A stretch of DNA of 64,000 nt from NCBI RefSeq assembly GCF_006345805.1, contig NW_021833586.1, forward strand, positions 1 through 64,000, written 5' to 3'. This document shows, piece after piece, positions 1 through 14,224 of this stretch. Both the position numbers and the translations under genes were made by a program. Below the pieces are notes generated by a model, which was given only the letters and a program-made list of their open reading frames with translations, made no database searches and was not told where the DNA came from. The stretch comes from Octopus sinensis (taxonomy: Eukaryota). The stretch's first letter is position 1. Each line of letters opens with the position of its first letter.

Positions 1-300
1 CCATCCAACCGCCTCTCAAGCTTCTTTGATAACGTCCAGGTTTCTGAGCCATATAGTAGAATTGGTTCGACTGTGGCTTTGAAGATTTCAAGTTTGAAGT
101 CTCTACTTAGATTTGATGACCAGATCTTATGCATGTCATTACAGGCTGACCAGCCATATCCTTTCTAGTTAGAAAGTCTTTTCCAGATGATGATATGTAT
201 GACCCAAGATATTTGTAATCAGAAACCATATTTAAGGGGGCATTGTTGAGAGTATGGATGATGCAATCACTGTTGGACAGGCACTTGTTTATATATTCAG
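1..300 (-). mobile_element. RTE-clade LINE reverse transcriptase C-terminal fragment (frameshifted)
   Basis: The minus strand reads ...VSDYKYLGSYIS... then, after a frameshift near 160, WSACNDMHKIWSSNLSRDFKLEIFKATVEPILLYGSETWTLSKKLERRLD. YLG and LLYGSETW are typical RTE RT C-terminal motifs. Confidence 0.85.
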
Positions 301-956
301 TCAAAATACATAAACAGACTCTAGCTAAATCCTCCCGCTAGTTTTCGAAGTTACTAGGCAAGTGAAAGTTCCTCACTTTAGGTGAAGGAAGCTCATTTGT
401 TCTATTCGTGAAGGTGGATGCAGATATAAAATATTTGATCGCGTTCTTACAAGAAAATGAGCACTTAAATGGCGGATTTGTCATTCATTATTGTGTTCCA
501 GTTAAATAACTACAAATGTATTCGCACGAAACCTATGGTATCGAACAACTGAATACTATTAAATTCACACTTAACTATACATGCAGTGTTCAGTACCATA
601 TCATTTCAGTTTGTCCCTTACACATGTATATGAATACACATACGCACAAAAACACGCACGCGTGCATACACGCAAACTGACACACACGCAAAAAAAAAAC
701 ACGCGCGCACACAAACACACATATTATTTGTATGGTAAAGAAGCTAGTTTAATCACCATGAGATTCCAGGTTCATTTCAGCTGCGTGCCACGTTGAGCAT
801 GCATCTTCTATGATAAGCTTGTGTTCACTAATAGGCCTTGAGAACAATTTTTGTTTGAGGGGAAACAGTTTAAAAACTCTATACATGTCCCGTAGAGCTG
901 TGTCCGTGTGTCTATCTGTATATATATATAATATATACACATATATATATATATAG

Positions 957-1008
<52 letters not shown>

Positions 1009-1013
<5 letters not shown>

Positions 1014-1637
1014 ATGGTTGTATACTGTCAATCTAACAAGAACGTGACAGTAGGGGTACACCACCGTTATATAGCCCTAGGAGGCACCGAACGCCTCCTG
1101 ACAGCTTCGACACATTTTATCCTGTGTCCTTATATACACATACGAAGGGGAGACAAACACCCCCAACCGCCGGAACTGCATCTAGGGACACCGTGTTTCA
1201 GGATCAGTATATAACCATTATATCGCTCCACCACCGTACACCTCTCTACGAGAGATTTAGAAACTCAATATTTCTTATTTTGATAATCAGTGAATAGACT
1301 TCACTGACTATAGATATATACAGATGCGAAGTCGAGACAGATATCGCCAGCTGACCGGTGTCTGCTACTCTAGGCCGATGAAGGACAATGATCCTGAAAC
1401 ACGGTGTCCCTAGATGCAGTTCCGGCGGTTGGGGGTGTTTGTCTCCCCTTCGTATGTGTATATCAGGACACAGGATAAAATGTGTCGAAGCTGTCAGGAG
1501 GCGTTCGATGCGTCCTAGGGCTATTTAACGGTGGTGTACCCCCTACTGTCACGTTCTTGTTGGATTGACAGTATACAACCATTATATCGCTCCACCACCG
1601 TACACCTCTCTACGAGAGATTTAGAAACTCAATATTT

Positions 1638-1642
<5 letters not shown>
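1009..1642 (+). mobile_element. Fold-back Penelope-like pseudo-LTR or retrozyme-like element
   Basis: Inverted arms at 1009-1206 and 1389-1587. Direct repeat at 1205-1278 and 1569-1642 (period 364). A hammerhead motif lies at 1369-1414. Both flanks are (TA)n. Confidence 0.7.
1369..1414 (+). ncRNA. Type I hammerhead ribozyme (U4C core variant)
   Basis: TCTAGG-CCGATGA-AGGA(CAATGA)TCCT-GAAAC-ACGGT-GTC-CCTAGA. Helix I is 6 bp, helix II is 4 bp and helix III is minimal. Predicted cleavage after GUC (C1408). Confidence 0.75.
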
Positions 1643-1676
<34 letters not shown>

Positions 1677-2647
1677 ATATATATATATATTTATATATAT
1701 ATATATACATACAGATGTATTTTATATACTAGGAGAAAAAAGTTTACGAAAAACAAAGACAAAGACAGGTGGTGTACAAAACAAACAGATGTATTAGTAT
1801 AACGCTCAGGAATAGAAAAAGTCTTTTACGTATCGAGCCTATGCTCTCCTACAGAAAGGGATACAGAAAAAACAAGGAGAGAAACAAGGAGAGAAAAGGG
1901 AGAGAAAAAAGGAGAGAAAAAAGGAGAGAGAAAATGTGTGTAGTTGCTAGCAATCTATCATATATATATGTACATATATGTCTGTGTGTGTAAACATGTG
2001 TGTATGACTGTGTATATATCTATGTATGTATGCATTTGTGTATACGTGTATATAAAAGTTTGCAAAGAAATTTTAGGAATCCCTATAGGTTTGGTCGGAA
2101 ATTGCGTCGGAAGAGTTTTTGAGAGAATTGGTGGAGCGTAGGAGCAAGTTGGTGGGACCGGAAGACGGTACGTAAAAATCCAAATAAGTTCAGAAATATA
2201 AAAATCCCGAAACCAGCGAAATATAAAAATAATCCGAAGCGTATACATACATGTATACTTACTTACATACTTACACACACACACACACACAAGAACATAC
2301 ATATCTATTTATAAACGCATACATATAATATATATATGTTTATGTATAAATACATACATACATATATATATATGCACGTATGTATATATATATGTATGTA
2401 TGTATATATATATGTGTATGTATGTATATATATATGTATGTGTATGTATGTATATATATATGTATATGTATGTATGTATATATATATATATGTATATGTA
2501 TGTATGTATATATATATGTATATGTATGTATGTATATATATATGTATATATATATATATATGTATATGTATATATATATATGTATATATATATATGTGTG
2601 TGTATATATGTATGTAGGTATATGTATATATATACATATATATATGC

Positions 2648-2686
<39 letters not shown>

Positions 2687-3108
2687 TGTGGGTCTGTGTG
2701 AGTATGTGCCACGTATTCACATAGATACGAGCATACATATAGAAATAATTATAAAATAAAATTAAAATCTGTAAAAAAAAAAAAATACTCCAGCAAAACT
2801 AAATTTAAATAAAAGTGAACAGTAATAGATCAAGTTGATAACAAGAATTATTCGGTCTTGAACAAAGTGGATTTATGAAATCAATTTTAGCTTGTATTTT
2901 TTTTTTTTTGTTGTTGTTTTTTTTTTCTGTTAGTGAATGCAAAAATCAAGGAAACAGTATAAATTCAAACCGTATGTGATTCACATTTGCCAAACAGATG
3001 TCACGCTTACAGGCGCTAAGACATGCTGGAGCGTAACGTAACAACATGGAAATTGGTACATATATGTGTGTAGGAATGTACGTATGAGTGTATATCTATC
3101 TTTCTACT

Positions 3109-3168
<60 letters not shown>

Positions 3169-3469
3169 ATATATATATTATATATATATTAGATATATAT
3201 ATATATAAATATACATATTATAGATATATACATATATTACACATACATATAATAATATATATATATATATCCATATATATATATATATATATATCATACA
3301 TATAATCCATATATATATACATATATATGCATATATATATATCCATATATATATATATATATATCCATATATATATATATATATATATACATACATATAT
3401 ATCCATATAAATATATATACATATATAGCCATATATATATACATATATATGCCATATATATATATATAT

Positions 3470-3980
<511 letters not shown>

Positions 3981-4314
3981 GTATTCACACTATATATATA
4001 TATATAGATAGATAGATGCATAGATATATACATACAGACATATCTATATATATATTTGCATTTATATGTGTGTGTGTGCCTTTGTGTGTGTGTGTGTGCT
4101 TGTGGTGTGTGTGTGTTGTGTGTGTGCTTGTGTATGTGTGTGTGTGTGTGTGTATGTGCTTTGGAATTATTTTAATAGTGCGGCCCGCCATTGTTCATTG
4201 CGATACGCTTCTGAAAAAAAAGTTAGCCCATGTGCGTTCGGAAATAAACAATATATGTATACATGGAAAAGATGATAAATGTGGTGTGTGTGTGTGTGCG
4301 TGTGTGTGTGTGCG

Positions 4315-4345
<31 letters not shown>

Positions 4346-4580
4346 TGTGTGTGTGCTTGTGTGTGTATTCATATAGAGCAGTCCGATGATGGCTTAACTG
4401 GCCGAAACTTCGTAGTCACAGTCAACAACTTTCTTGTTGAAGAATAAACGTGTACTCCACAAAAGTATAGCGTAACAACTCACATTAATATAAGATTGCT
4501 TTTATCGTAACTCATCACATACATATACAGACCTACACAACCTCATACAGGTATATATACACACATGAACATGTATACAG

Positions 4581-4618
<38 letters not shown>

Positions 4619-4904
4619 GTGTGTAGTGAGGAATAAATTTATGTCTGTTTGGTTGTCTCCACCGTCATGTTAGTAAGTATATGTCTCTCCGTTGTCATCG
4701 TATATTAAAGTATGAACAACACCAAATATTCTGACAGTTTCGCCGCTCCCAGTATCAATGTCTTTGATGTTATCACGTCCTCTTTCTTCTGCAGCACTTT
4801 CACAACACGAACACCGCTACCACCACCACAACCACGACCACCACCACCACCACCAACAGCAATAACGACAAAAACAGCAACAATAATAATAATGATGATG
4901 ATTA

Positions 4905-5790
4905 TTTCTTCCATAACGATTTCAAGCTTTTGCCGCAAGTGCAGCTTGGGGGAAGGAATTAAGTCGATTACATCGACCCCAGTGCGTAACTGGTACTTAT
5001 TTAATCGACCCCAAAAGAATGAAAGGCAAAGTCGACCTCAGTGGAATTTGAACTCAGAACGTAGCGACGATTAAAATACCTATTTCTTTACTACCCACAA
5101 GGAGCTAAACACAGAGGGGACGAACAAAGACAGACAAACGGATTAAGTCGATTATATCGACCCCAGTGCGTAATTGATATTTATCTAATTGACCCCAAAA
5201 GAATGAAAGGCAAAGTCGACCTCGGTGGAATTTGAACTAAGAATGTAGCGACGTTCAAAATACCGCTAAGCATTTTTCCCGGCTGGCTAACGATTCTGCC
5301 AGGTAGACGCCTTTATTTCTTCCATAATAATGATAATGGTTTCAAATTTTGCCACATGGCAGAAATTTGGTGGGAGGGGATGAATCGCTGACATCACCCC
5401 CACTGTTCAACTGTTACTCAATTTATCGACTTCGAAAGGATGAAGGGCACAGTTGACCTCGGTGGAATTTGAACACAGAATGTAAAGACGGACGAAATGT
5501 CGCTAAGCATTTCGCCCGACGTGCTAACGATTCCGCCAGCTCATCACCTATCCCATAATAATAATAGTAATGATTTCTACGATAGGCACAAGACCTGAAA
5601 TTTGGGGAAGGGGACAGTTGATACATCCACCTCATTACGCAACTGGTATTTATTTTATCGATCCCCGAAAGGGTGAAAGGCAAACTCGACCTTGGTGGAA
5701 GTTGAACTCAGAGCGTTAGGACAGACGAAATGTCGCTAAGCATTTTGCCCGTCGTGCTAACGATTCTGCCAGCTCGCCACCTATCCCATA
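4905..5790 (-). mobile_element. Cluster of four co-oriented family A SINE copies (Nin/Deu-like central domain)
   Basis: Four repeats of the block ATCGACCCC.AAAG.ATGAA.GGCA.AGTCGACCTCGG.GGAATTTGAAC with variable tails. The reverse complement GCCTTTCATCCTTTCGGGGTCGATAAA resembles the Nin/Deu SINE domain. Other copies: ~9240-9387 -, ~21895-22110 + (degenerate), ~49855-49975 -, 56159-56382 +, 62758-63085 +. Confidence 0.85.
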
Positions 5791-7744
5791 ATAATTATGA
5801 TATTTCAGAGAGTGGGGTGAACGCTGTAGGTAGACGTTAGAAAAAGAAATGCTTATTATAGATTGAGTACAGAGGAAAACTCATATTTATTAGGAAACAG
5901 CTGATAGATCCTTCGATCGTTAGTCAGTGTTTCTTGCTACTGTCCACCCTCTCAGACTGAGTACAAATGAGCATGATGACAGGTTTTTGTGTCTGAAGAT
6001 CACGAGGACGAGTTGTACGCCTTCAAGTTCTATGTAAACCGATCCTTGACGCTGCAGGGTTTTTCATCCTGATTTACTAACTTTAAAGACAGGGTCAATC
6101 TGTGCAATTTCATCTTACTCTTTAGGCTTTGAGATCTGACCGCGGTGATTCGGCGAGCTAAGAATACTACAGTGAACAGTAAGCTGCAGGTTTTGCATTG
6201 TAGTGGCCTTCTCTTAGGTGAATTGCTTTACAAGGCTGAAGATCTCGGAAGTTATCGGAAGGTTGAGAAGGAAAGCAGTAGAATACTTGATGGACCTTTC
6301 TCAAGACACTCGTAATGCAATGAGAGATTATGCTTGGAGTTTCTTCTATATAAAATGTTAGTTAACCCATAGCTTAAAAATGGCGCTAGAGTTGCAACTA
6401 TTCTGGATTAAAGAAGAACTAGGAAGAACAGTGATTAAGAGTTGGTCCTACACTTCTCAAAGCTCTAGAACTCTCGAGTCAGGACCCCGCTCTTGAATGC
6501 AGTTTAAAGCCATACCCTGAACAGCTGAGTATAAACTTCAATTGAAACACCTGTAGTATTCGGTCCTCATTTGGTTAAGATAGAAGGTTGTGTCGTGCCT
6601 CAGTAACACTTGTGGTTTGTTGGCTTTTAATAAATCGTTGTTCATCTGTGCATGACTAACATGCATTTGAGCCATCATTCAATGAAGAGATATTACCATG
6701 CTTCGATTTGAAAATTTTAAACTTGAGAAATTGAAGAAAATTTCCCTGAAGAATATTACCAGACGAAATGGCTTTTTATTATTTGATAATTGCTTAGGAA
6801 TCTGTGACGGAGCATGTTTTCTCAGCACGTAAAACATTTCCACTAAGTAATTGTTAATAAATAAACCAATATCAGAACTATACAGAGATGATGGTTTAGC
6901 AATTTCTTAAAAGACTCGGACAAAAAATATAATAAATTATATTTAGAGAGTACAAATAAAACATTCACAATTAGCACCAGCTTACGAATAATTAACGTTT
7001 CTGACATCTCATTAAATTTCCCCATCAACGAACATGACTCATATATTGTACAACGACAAACAAGGAAACTTAATATATATGAACTTTAATCTCCTTACCA
7101 TAATTAACAACTTAAGAAAACTCCACAGATCTATCATTCAGCATAGATATTTTCAACTGTACCGTTGCTAAATTATAACGACTCAGTACAAAGAAGTGTC
7201 CTTAGCTAGAAAATAATAATGAAGACTTCACACGTACATACACTCTAGCGAACGGGAAACCGCAATGGGATGTACAAGAAAAAAAATAGTTTGATCCAAC
7301 CCACCCTACAACATGAATGTACTCTCAAAAATAGCTAGCAACTTCTGGCTCCTATAAAAAAATCTCATTTCATAAGTACACGTCTTGCTAAAACTTTTAA
7401 TAGCAAGACCGTAAACGTGAGCTATTGTTGCCAGGACTACTTTACTTACCATATTGCATATAACAATATAAGACATACATCTAGCCAATTCTCACTCTAA
7501 TATCAACCTTGTAACGACAACCCACTAAATTTACTACTTAGAGAAATTTACCTTTCTAAAGCGATGGTACAGAATGTTTAATTATAGAAAATATCTCAAA
7601 TTCTCGATTTCAGAGTATTTTCGTGGTTGGTAAAATAAAGCAACAGTCACGTACTGGGGTTGATGTAGTGAACTTACCCCTACACTTAGAAATATAGCGA
7701 CCTTGTACTAATCTATGAAATCACTTTATTTTTACAACAACTGC

Positions 7745-7795
7745 CACTGCTGCTGCTGCTGCTCTTCCTCTTCCTCTTCCTCCTCATCCGCCTCA

Positions 7796-7842
<47 letters not shown>

Positions 7843-8012
7843 TTACTACTACTACTACTACTACTACTACACAGCTGTTTGTAACGATACTACTACTATC
7901 GCATTCGTCATTAAAAGTAGTAGTAGTAGTAGTAGTAGCGGTGGTGGTGGTAGTGATAATGGTGGTGGTAGTAGTAGTAATTGTAATAGTAGTAGTAGTA
8001 GTAGTAGCAGCA
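7745..8012. repeat. Compound trinucleotide microsatellite (CTG/TCC/CTA/TAG/GGT)
   Basis: Directly visible (CTA)n, (TAG)n and (GGT)n runs. Confidence 0.95.
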
Positions 8013-8213
8013 GCGAAACTTCTGACCCGAGTGTTCAATGTAGTTAGGATGGAGAAAGAGAGACGGACGGACAGGGATACACAGAAATACAGATACTTTT
8101 AAGAATTGGAAACCGGCTGAAACCGGAATTTATGGACCAAACAAGTAACGAACGATTAAGCAGATAACATTGTCAAGCAGTGATGCGTACCTACAGATGT
8201 ATAGAGACTCAAT

Positions 8214-8249
<36 letters not shown>

Positions 8250-8396
8250 GTAGGTATGTAAATATGTATCGTATACATCGCCACGTATACATGGTGTTGT
8301 TACTGTTTAGAGCAAGGTTAGCTTGATTGAATAGACATATGATCAAAGGCAATCCAGGTATGACAATTCCATTTTTGGTTTATATATATTTGTGTG

Positions 8397-8449
<53 letters not shown>

Positions 8450-8452
8450 ATA

Positions 8453-8510
<58 letters not shown>

Positions 8511-8522
8511 TGTATATATATG

Positions 8523-8554
<32 letters not shown>

Positions 8555-8615
8555 ATGTATATATATATATAATATATATAATATATATATATATAATATA
8601 TATATATATGTATAA

Positions 8616-8962
8616 ACTTAGATAAACTTAGATATGTTTCGACCAAAGATTGGTCCAGGCCATGTCTAACTTAATAGCACCACCTGATAGGATTATTCGA
8701 ATCCTGTTTAAGTCAAGTTTTGTTTGAGTCAAGTTTTGTTCAAGTAGTGAGTTCTTGTTGGGTGAGTTGTATCCAATTATGGGTGGCTTATCTGGTATTC
8801 TTTGAAGGAATCTATCCAGACTCTGTTTAAAGTTGATGGGATCCTTTTCCTCTTTGATCTCCCTCGGGACAATGTTAAATAGGGTAGGGCCTGTTGAGGA
8901 AAAGAAATTATGTTGCAGTGTACATTATGTTGTGATCTTGAATTGGCAGAGGACGTATAGCC
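8616..8962 (-). mobile_element. 3' end of a CR1-type LINE, 5'-truncated
   Basis: Near-identical to 45300-45670 (TTAGATAAACTTAGATATGTTTCGACCAAAGATT...), which is the 3' end of the RT-coding fragment at 45300-46185. Confidence 0.8.
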
Positions 8963-9044
8963 CGATGTATATATATAATATATAATATATGCATATACAT
9001 ATATATATACACATACACACATGTTCACATACATACGTATATAC

Positions 9045-9108
<64 letters not shown>

Positions 9109-10140
9109 ATATATATATATATATTTAATACAAAATGGGACAAGAACGCAAAACATCCGGAGAGTTAGGTGATACAAAAATGGGAGAACAAAACATCCAG
9201 ATTTAGACGATACAAAGAAAATAAGGACGGGTCATTCGACAAACGGATTAAGTCGATTACATCGACCCCAGTGCGTAACTGGTACTTATTTAATCGACCC
9301 CGAAAGGATGAACGGCAAAGTCGACCTCAGTGGAATTTGAACTCAAAACGTAGCGGCAGACAAAATACAGCTAAGCATTCCACCCGCCTTTGTATACGCG
9401 AATATATGCCAAATCTACTTAGTGTATTAGTATGAGTCACATGCAAATGTTATCGTTATACATAGATATGTATAACGATTTTGCGTTAAGCCATTCTCCT
9501 ACATACTTGAGTACTATCCACTTAGAGATATTTTCCGTATTTCTCTACTCTTTGCGATTCGTTGTTATGATGTCCTCATCCTAGGTATAATACAAGTCAG
9601 GTGGGCCTCAGGTGACTTGCTGGGACCAATAAGTCATGGTGGTCTCTCGATAGCTACGACCACAGATAATAGCAATAGTTCGTTAAGTGGACTGGTTGAT
9701 CCAGGCCGTTGACAGTTTGTTGGCTGTTCATCCGCTCAGCATCTTGTGATGTCATTGATTCAATAAGTTCACCTACCCCCCAAAAAATCACATCCAACAT
9801 TATATCCCATGATTTCCATATAACTCTGGTTCGGGTGGTTACTGGGTGCTAGGTTTTGCAATGAGCCCCACCACCCCACCCCGTCATTTGATTCGGGGTT
9901 GGTTATTCCCATATTCACAGCCATCTTCTATTTACATGCTAATTAACCCATAGCCGGGACCTTGACAGACGCTACAACTTAGGATCAGAGCAGACATAGA
10001 AGCAATAATGGTTAAAAACTAGTTCTACACTCTTTAAAACCCTAGAACTCTCGAATCAGGGTCCCGTTACTGGATGCTCTATAATCACCGTAAACTCCGA
10101 TAAATAATACCGCTTACATGATTGTCTTCAATTTCCTACA

Positions 10141-10175
<35 letters not shown>

Positions 10176-10189
10176 GGTTTTTAACATAT

Positions 10190-13100
10190 GGGATTGAAGC
10201 ACTCCATCGGTTACGACGACGAGGGTTCCGGTTGATCCGATCAACGGAACCGTGTACCCTTAACGTAGTTCTTTTTCGGCACCCTCTTTGATCTTTGTCG
10301 GCACTCTTCTTTGATCTTTTTCGGCACCCCCTTTGATATTTGTCGGCACTCCTCTTTGATCTTTTTCGGCACTCCTCTTTGATCTTTGTCGGCACTCCTC
10401 TTTGATCTTTTTCGGCACCCCCTTTGATCTTTGTCGGCACTCCTCTTTGATCTTTTTCGGCACTCCTCTTTGATCTTTTTCGGCACCCCTCTTTGATCTT
10501 TGTCGGCACTCCTCTTTGATCTTTGTCGGCACTCCTCTTTGATCTCTTTCGGTACCCCCTTTGATCTTTTTCGGCACTCCTCTTTGATCTTTTTCGGCAC
10601 TTCTCTTTGATCTTTGTCGGCACTCCTCCTTGATCTTTGTCGGCACTCCTCTTTGATCTTTGTCGGCACTCCTCTTTGATCTTTTTCGGCACCCCTCTTT
10701 GATCTTTGTCGGCACTCCTCTTTGATCTTTTTCGGCACTCCTCTTTGATCTTTTTCGGCACCCCTCTTTGATCTTTGTCGGCACTCCTCTTTGATCTTTG
10801 TCGGCACCCCTCTTTGATCTTTTTCGGCACCCCTCTTTGAACTTTTTCGGCACCCCTCTTTGATCTTTTTCCGCACTCCTCTTTGATCTCTTTCGGCACT
10901 CCTCTTTGATCTTTGTCGGCACTCCTCTTTGATCTTTGTCGGCAATCCTCTTTGATCTTTGTCGGCACCCCTCTTTGATCTTTTTCGGCACCCCTCTTTG
11001 ATCTTTTTCGGCACCCCTCTTTGATCTTTTTCCGCACTCCTCTTTGATCTTTGTCGGCACCCCTCTTTGATCTTTGTCGGCACTCCTCTTTGATCTTTGT
11101 CGGCACTCCTCTTTGATCTTTGTCGGCACTCCTCTTTGATCTTTGTCGGCACTCCTCTTTGATCTTTTTCCGCACTCCTCTTTGATCTTTGTCGGCACTC
11201 CTCTTTGATCTCTTTCGGTACCCCCTTTGATCTTTTTCGGCACCCCTCTTTGATCTTTGTCGGCACTCCTCTTTGATCTTTTTCCGCACTCCTCTTTGAT
11301 CTCTTTCGGCACTCCTCTTTGATCTTTGTCGGCACTCCTCTTTGATCTTTGTCGGCACTCCTCTTTGATCTTTGTCGGCACTCCTCTTTGATCTTTGTCG
11401 GCACTCCTCTTTGATCTTTGTCGGCACTCCTCTTTGATCTCTTTCGGTACCCCCTTTGATCTTTGTCGGCACTCCTCTTTGATCTTTGTCGGCACCCCTC
11501 TTTGATCTCTGTCGGCACTCCTCTTTGATCTTTTTCGGCACCCCTCTTTGATCTTTGTCGGCACTCCTCTTTGATCTCTTTCGGTACCCCCTTTGATCTC
11601 TTTCGGCACTCCTCTTTGATCTTTGTCGGCACTCCTCTTTGATCTTTGTCGGCACTCCTCTTTGATCTTTGTCGGCACTCCTCTTTGATCTTTGTCGGCA
11701 CTCCTCTTTGATCTTTGTCGGCACTCCTCTTTGATCTCTTTCGGTACCCCCTTTGATCTTTGTCGGCACTCCTCTTTGATCTTTGTCGGCACTCCTCTTT
11801 GATCTTTTTCGGCACCCCTCTTTGATCTTTGTCGGCACTCCTCTTTGATCTTTTTCGGCACTCCTCTTTGATCTTTTTCGGCACCCCTCTTTGATCTTTG
11901 TCGGCACTCCTCTTTGATCTTTGTCGGCACCCCTCTTTGATATTTTTCGGCACCCCTCTTTGATCTTTTTCGGCACCCCTCTTTGATCTTTTTCCGCACT
12001 CCTCTTTGATCTCTTTCGGCACTCCTCTTTGATCTTTGTCGGCACTCCTCTTTGATCTTTGTCGGCAATCCTCTTTGATCTTTGTCGGCACCCCTCTTTG
12101 ATCTTTTTCGGCACTCCTCTTTGATCTCTTTCGGTACCCCTTTGATCTTTTTCGGCACTCCTCTTTGATCTTTTTCGGCACTCCTCTTTGATCTTTGTCG
12201 GCACTCCTCCTTGATCTTTGTCGGCACTCCTCTTTGATCTTTGTCGGCACTCCTCCTTGATCTTTGTCGGCACTCCTCTTTGATCTTTGTCGGCACTCCT
12301 CTTTGATCTTTTTCGGCACCCCTCTTTGATCTTTGTCGGCACTCCTCTTTGATCTTTTTCGGCACTCCTCTTTGATCTTTTTCGGCACCCCTCTTTGATC
12401 TTTGTCGGCACTCCTCTTTGATCTTTGTCGGCACTCCTCTTTGATCTTTTTCGGCACTCCTCCTTGATCTTTGTCGGCACTCCTCTTTGATCTTTTTCGG
12501 CACTCCTCTTTGATCTCTTTCGGTACCCCTTTGATCTTTTTCGGCACTCCTCTTTGATCTTTTTCGGCACTCCTCTTTGATCTTTGTCGGCACTCCTCCT
12601 TGATCTTTGTCGGCACTCCTCTTTGATCTTTGTCGGCACTCCTCCTTGATCTTTGTCGGCACTCCTCTTTGATCTTTGTCGGCACTCCTCTTTGATCTTT
12701 GTCGGCACTCCTCTTTGATCTCTTTTCGGTACCCCCTTTGATCTTTGTCGGCACTCTCTTTGATCTTTGTCGGCACTCCTCTTTGATCTTTGTCGGCACT
12801 CCTCTTTGATCTTTGTCGGCACTCCTCTTGATCTTGTCGGCACTCCTCTTTGATCTTTGTCGGCACTCCTCTTTGATCTTGTCGGCACCCCTCTTGATCT
12901 TTTTCGGACCCTCTTTGATCTTTGTCGGCACCCTCTTTGATCTTTGCGGCACCCCTCTTTGATACTTGTCGGCAATCTCTTTGATCTTTTTCGGCACCCT
13001 CTTTGATCTTTGCGGCCTCCTCTTTGATCTTTTTCGGTACCTCTTTGATCTCTTTCGCAATCCTCTTTGATCTTGTGGCCCCCTCTTTGATCTTTGTCGG

Positions 13101-14224
13101 CAACCCTCTTGATCTTTGTCGGCACTCTCTTTGATCTTGTCGGCACTCCTCTTTGATCTTTGTCGGCACCCCTCTTTGATCTTTTTCGGCACCCTTTGAT
13201 CTTTGTCGGCACTCCTCTTTGATCTTTGTCGGCACTCCTCTTTGATCTTTTTCGGCACCCTCTTTGATCTTTTTCGGCACTCCTCTTTGATCTTTTTCGG
13301 ACTCCTCTTTGATCTTTGTCGGCAACATCCTTGATCTTGTCGGCACCCTCTTTGATCTTGTCGGCACTCCTCTTTGATCTTTGTCGCACTCTCTTTGATC
13401 TTTGTCGGCACTCCTCTTTGATCTTTTTCGGCACCCTCTTTGATCTTTGTCGCACTCCTCTTTGATCTTTGTCGGCACTCCTCTTGATCTTTTCGGCACC
13501 CTCTTTGATCTTTGTCGGCACTCCTCTTTGATCTTTGTCGGCACCCCTCTTTGATCTTTTTCGGCACCCCTCTTTGATCTTTTTCGGCACCCTACTGATC
13601 TTTTTTCGCACTCCTCTTTGATCTTTGTCGGCAATCCTCTTTGATCTTTGTCGGCATCCTATTTGATCTTTGTCGGCATCCTTTGATCTTTTTCGGCACT
13701 CCTCTTTGATCTTTGTCGGCACTCCTCTTGATCTTTGTCGGCACCATCTTTGATCTTTGTCGGCCTCCTCTTTGATCTTTTCGGCACCCTCTTTGATCTT
13801 TGTCGGCACCTCTTTGATCTTTGTCGGCACTCCTCTTTGATCTTTGTCGGCACTCCTCTTTGATCTTTGTCGGCACTCTCTTGATCTTTGTCGGCACCCT
13901 CTTTGAACTTCTTGTCGGCACTCCTCTTTGATCTTTTTCGGTACCCCTCTTTGATCTTGTCGGACACCTCTTTGATCTTTTTCGGCACCCTCTTTGATCT
14001 TGGTCGGCACTCCTTGAAATACAGGTACAACAGAAACAGGAAGTAAGTGAGGAGAGAGTTGTGGTGAAACAGTACAGCAGGGACCCACCACCCTGCCGGA
14101 GCATCGTGGAGCTTTAGGTGTTTTCGCTCAAAAAAAACACTCACAACGCCCGGTCTGGGAATCGAAACCGCGATCCTACGACCGCGAGTCCGCTGCCCTA
14201 ACCATTGGGCCATTGCGCCTCCAC
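10190..14224 (-). mobile_element. tRNA-derived SINE family C split by a 3.7-kb minisatellite
   Basis: 10190-10272 and 14014-14224 align with the two halves of the intact copy at 58761-59148. Both ends are flanked by (CTA)n-CTCAGGTTTT(T)A.CATAT (about 10136-10189 and 14225-14275). Confidence 0.85.
10272..14013. repeat. 23-bp minisatellite array, about 160-170 units
   Basis: Unit CCTCTTTGATCTTTGTCGGCACT with recurrent variants (TTTTT/TTTGT, CACC, GGTACC). The right-hand third is richer in indels. Confidence 0.97.

Noticed and set aside
1823-1858. Minus-strand CTTT-CTGTAGG-A-GAGC(ATAG)GCTC-GATACGT-A-AAAG
   Set aside because: The helices fit a hammerhead, but core positions 6, 9 and 14 are non-canonical. 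It is counted only as a decayed remnant.
4376-4420. CCGATGA-T-GGC(TTAACTG)GCC-GAAACTTCGT-A
   Set aside because: The core and helices II/III fit, but helix I is only two G.U pairs. It is kept as a weak candidate and not listed as a feature.
10272-14013. CRISPR-like periodicity
   Set aside because: Units are head-to-tail with no unique spacers, there are no cas genes, and the context is eukaryotic.
10114-14104. ORFs of 1108-1325 aa on the minus strand
   Set aside because: All three frames are open because the 23-bp unit has no stop on that strand. The translations are pure repeat and the array lies inside a SINE.
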